A stretch of DNA of 64,000 bases. It comes from Pavona decussata. Its lineage: Eukaryota. A program made the position numbers and the translations under genes. The notes below the pieces were generated by a model. It did not search any database. It was not told the DNA's origin and worked only from the letters and a program-made list of their open reading frames with translations. The stretch lies in assembly GCA_977016875.1 (NCBI GenBank), contig CDRNST010000233.1:496001-560000 (forward strand), written 5' to 3'. The stretch's first letter is position 1, and every line of letters starts with the position of its first letter. Below are positions 59,461-64,000 of the stretch, in pieces.

Positions 59461-62400
59461 AATACGGTAAGTCCTAGGCTAAAAAGCGAAAATAAATTTC
59501 TTAGAGAAATATGTAAAATTTTAGTTTGAAAAATCAGGAGCTTGAAAAAGAAGAAAGAAATCCAAGGCAATCACATAGACATGTATCTCACTTCTTGAAA
59601 TGTTCCTCTGTTGGTATCCTTTTCAAGTTTATCCGTAGAGCAAACTATTTCCACATCTCCGCTTTCGTTGGACATGACGCTCGCTTTCGTTGCACAAAGT
59701 GGACGTTGATGGGTGTACGACAGAGGCACAGTGTTTTCCTTCTGATCTGTACGTGCCTTTATATTTGGGCTCTGTTTTGTTTTTTCCTTTTTCCAGTTTT
59801 GATTGATAACTAGAAATCAAGCTTGAGTTTCTGACAGTTTTATAAGAATTACTACTTGAATGCTGAAAAAACGCCGGAATCAGTAACACTAAGTAGAAAC
59901 ACAAACAGCAAAACACGAGATCATTTGATGGATTCTTCAGTGTAAAAAGACCCTACAAAGCTCCGTTAACACTAAAATAGAACGCCGTGGGATTTTATCG
60001 CTTACTTAGTCACGTTTGCTGTACATAGCGGAATCATTGCGTGCAAACCTAGTTTTACACCAATTGGTCATCGCTCATACACCAAAGACTGCACACAACA
60101 ATAACAATCGGCCAAAAATGTTGTTCTAGCTTGCTGACGTTATTTTGTTTGCTCTTTGCGGTTTATTTTTCCAAGGGACAAGCTGTATTCTTGAAATTAC
60201 TGCACCTGTGGCGTGGTAAATATGTGTCGCCGCGATTCTTTCGCAAAGCGATGATCCATCTTGTAAGCTTATTAAAGTGATTTGTTCCCGTTTCCGAAAG
60301 GAAATCATTCCAGGTTAACAAGATCAAACTAGAATCATCGAGCAAAAAGCATACTTTTACACTCTAGATGTACAACCAAAAAGCTTACATTGCCAATATG
60401 AACGGTGATCCAAAATTTATTGCCACGATATGCTATAAAGCCAACTGATTTATCCGAACAAGACACTGCGATTTTTATTACCCATGCTTTTACTGTTCTA
60501 CTGTTCATTTTAATCCTTTAGTGACGCCTTTAGTTTATTTTGGCTAAGTACTACATGCATTTCGTTTGTTAAGCCATAGGCTTTAGCGCGCAATCCGCTC
60601 CTGATTTCGTGATCAGCAGAAACTTCTGCAACGTCAGGCTAACAAGGTCAAACGTTTGCCCTTTCAGAGTGAAAATAGGCACGTACTTGACCGAACATAC
60701 AATCAGAGAGAATTGACAAAGCTACTGAGCTACTATGCAACTTAATCGATTACAAAAATCACTGCGACCAGAAGCAACTAAACATGGTGCAGTCACAGGC
60801 CACTAGCAATCAATTAGTTTCTCGCAATTTTAAATCAGTCGGTTTGGCTCAAACAAAACAGAAAAACTACAGATCCTCCAAGAAAGATCAGCTTGAAAAT
60901 TAGAGCCTGGCAAAGTTACTCATAAATGTCGCCTGTCGTGAGTTACACCTGCAATAGCTATAGTTTTTGAACTGTAGAAATTTGGATGTGCTCTATTGTT
61001 CTCGATCGAGGCGTATCCGTGATCCGTTTCGTAAGCCATAAAATAAACTTATTACAAACATAAGTCTCCATTTAACAGCAGTGTTAGTCACGTCAGGGTC
61101 GGCTATTTTTAAAAGCCTTGAGCTGTATCATATGTGATCAATTCTCTTTACTTTGCCTAAAATCAATGCATTATGAGATTATCGGAGGATTATTTGTGCC
61201 TTGTTGAACGGAGTAAAGCTACCCAATTTTAGCCATCTCTACGCATTTAAATCTTACTCATTATCGCGCAGGCAACATAAACTGAGACGAAAGAATAAAA
61301 CAAAAGTAGAAAATCGAATGAAGATTCGATGAGGCTTCTCCTGATCAAGACGAATGAAGATGGCTGCATATCTATATAAACAATGCAATATTTTTTGTGC
61401 TTGGAAAGCCTCTGAACATGGTCACCTTGAATTGACGTTTTGTTTTGTTTTTGTTTCGTTGTTTCTACCCAGAAGACTAAGATTTCGTTACATCGTGGTG
61501 TTTATTAGCTTGGCCATACAAAAGAAAGGGAATTACAAATAGTCTATAGAGGTATTAATTTTAATTGAAATCACTATTATGACAAAATGTTCTTGGTAAA
61601 ATAAGAATGGCGAGGACATCTCCCGAATGGAACCAACCTACTTTTTTGAGCAATGCCCGCTATCGAACGCTTGACTCGATTGGGCTTCATGGGCCTTGGT
61701 TTTGGTTTAAAAGATACGGGGAGATGTGGGGGGGATGGGGGTCTCCTCCCTCTCCTCCCTTCCCTGGATTCGCCACTGATGAGATAGGCCTCCTCGCATG
61801 CCTACATACCGGCAATGACAGGGCTAAGGAGTATTCTTTCTTTTTATTTGTTTGTATGTCTGTTATTATTATGGAGAAAGATGTATATCTTCTCGGCTGA
61901 AACAGAACACGTAACCTGATCGTTTGGGTAGAGATTTCCAAATTTGTTGGCCTTGCATTTGAAGAGAACTTTCGGTCGTAAATAAACTGAAATTCCACGT
62001 TCCATAGAATACACACATTGAAGGGCTGACTGGCCCACAACTTTTGACCGCCTCAGAATTTATCAGTATAATACAGTGTATAATTGCGTGTACAATTTAC
62101 ATTGTATATCTCGTTTCGTGAATACAAACTTTATGTCAGAAACTGAACAAATGCACAGAAATATCGACCGCGACCCTTCACTCGCTTTGTGCTAAAAAAG
62201 ACAATATTTACTCAACAAAATGGAACCTCAATGGAAGCGTACATTTCACTCAGCGGGAATTTAAATAACTCCATGTAAGAACTGCTTCTTCACTTAATAT
62301 GATAAGAGTATTAATATGTTCGTGAAACAGAGCGCCATACCGGTCTAACAAGATGACACTGAACTATTTAGGCTTCAAACACGTTCCTGATGAATACCTT

Positions 62401-62563
62401 CAAGAGCTCAGTTTACTTTTAACTTCGTTCGCCTAAGTTAAGTGTGATTAAATAGGAACTGAAGCATTGTTTGGCAGTAATTGACTTTTCATACTTCAAA
62501 CTTGTTAGAACGTCCTCAGTCTTCTAATTATAATTGCTTCAACATATTTTGCTCGCACGGTAA

Positions 62564-62778
62564 GGTCGCGTTCGATTTACCGTATTCCGGAATAAGAATA
62601 AGCAGAATAGCTGTCAGATTCAGTCTCTTTTAAAGTAAATTTGGAAGACATTGTTGTAAACTTTCCCTGACACATGATAATTTAAGAGCGATTTTGTAAT
62701 CCAGTACCTTCCAAAAACCTCTTATGAGGGATTTCTTTTCATCATTTTATGTATTCCTAAGGTCAATCGAACGCACCC
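62564..62778. mobile_element. Harbinger-type MITE
   Basis: TAA-ggtcgcgttcgatttacc ... ggtcaatcgaacgcaccc. Confidence 0.6.
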
Positions 62779-64000
62779 TATATTCACGCACGTAGCTACG
62801 AGAAACGAAATCTTTTGGATGTAAATCTTATCCTGAGGGCATGAATTCAGGCGGCATGCGCCATTGAGCGATCATTCCAATGGCAGGTTTAAACTGATAC
62901 CTCATCTTATTCGATATGTGCGTGTATGACTATGTACGTAACTCAAAATATAGCGGAAAAGGTCTTCGTCTAATACGCCGTTGCAAATCGTTTTACCGAT
63001 CCTTTACAAGGGATGATCGTCTGATTGTTTTGGTTTATGTATGTTTGTGTCCAATTCGAATAATTATCACTTTTCGTGTGTTTTGCATCAACCCTAACTT
63101 GGCAGACTGTCCAAAATAAACAAAGCCATAACAGATAGAATCTGCACTGAACTACTGCATTGTTTAAATTGCTCGAGACAAAAGATCAAATAATTCGGTA
63201 TCCGGTTCTCCCTCGGTGTCATAAAGGAGTTGCTGACAAGCTCGACAAGAGACCCAGGGAAAGCAAGTCGGGGCAGGAAGAGAATTTTACAGGTGACCGT
63301 GAGACCAGTTGCAGGAAAGTTTGAATTTCCGGCTTCTGATTGGCCAATCGGATTAGAAATTCGAGATGCTTTCATCGCGCTTTTCAATTTCGTGCATATC
63401 ACTTCTGTATGTGTATGAAAATTTTCTGGGCGAGTGGATTTCGGCTGCACAGCACACACACTGAAGTATCGGGTGATCGATGGCGACAACTATCCCTGTA
63501 AGAAAGCACGAAAGTGGCACGAACAAAGCCGCTATCCTATTGACCAGAAAAAAAATACAAGAAGTTCCTAGCCGTTGAGAGGAGAAATTCAAAGTTTCCT
63601 AGAACTGGGCTTGTAAGAGAAACTTAAACTTTTCGGAGGCTTTTTAGCCCGTCTCAGTAAACTCTTACTTGTCCCGATTTCGCCCGTAAACACTTTGTCC
63701 CGTCCCGCGTTTTCGAGGAAGGGTTCTTTTAGAGTGCTAGAAACAACATAAAAATAAAATGGTAGCGCCTAGCGAGCAGCAAACACAACATTGATAGACA
63801 CTAAAACCCGAGATGAGGTTATTTAGCCAAAATGTGCTGTAAACTACATGGAAGAGAAATTAGTATCGATTTGCAGACTGGACTGACTAGGAGCTTAAGA
63901 CTAAGCTACCGGAGACACGCCACTAATCGGATACAGGCCTTCTATGAAAAATTCATAATGACATACGGCAGCTTTTCTAGCTTTTTCTTTGTCGTCTCGA

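Noticed and set aside
63094-63592. 131-aa and 79-aa minus-strand ORFs with a splice-acceptor-like site and a palindromic ATTGGCCAAT
   Set aside because: No recognisable domain, no ATG start and no exon partner. It could be a promoter or UTR exon but cannot be supported from sequence alone.
1-64000. Prokaryotic systems (CRISPR, operons, defence islands), rRNA or tRNA genes
   Set aside because: Genes are spliceosomal-intron eukaryotic genes. No regularly spaced repeat-spacer array or cloverleaf was seen, and B-box-like motifs belong to SINEs or MITEs.

Overview
Eukaryotic, intron-containing, AT-rich genomic DNA. The gene families and repeat content fit an anthozoan cnidarian, probably a stony coral (inference). 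I reconstructed seven protein-coding genes by hand from GT-AG sites and reading phase. (1) The 3' part (about 1900 aa visible) of a large secreted matrix-type protein: TSP1, 930-aa low-complexity spacer, VWA, spacer, VWA, VWA. (2,4) Two 4-coding-exon type II membrane sulfotransferase paralogs resembling tyrosylprotein sulfotransferase. The first keeps the catalytic and PAPS-binding residues. The second has an intact frame but has lost four of them, so it is a candidate pseudoenzyme. (3,5) Two paralogous single-coding-exon orphan class A GPCRs with non-canonical microswitches, interleaved with the sulfotransferases. (6,7) A convergent pair of 6-exon aquaglyceroporins with patchy gene-conversion signatures over the NPA-containing segments. 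Non-coding DNA holds Penelope-like retroelement pieces with minimal hammerhead ribozyme motifs (one apparently intact U3-A8 variant), a three-level nest (MITE > Harbinger > solo LTR), Helitron, LINE, SINE and Crypton-like relics, many MITEs, two perfect palindromes and one 128-N gap. No CRISPR, rRNA or tRNA genes were seen. All alignments and counts were done by eye.
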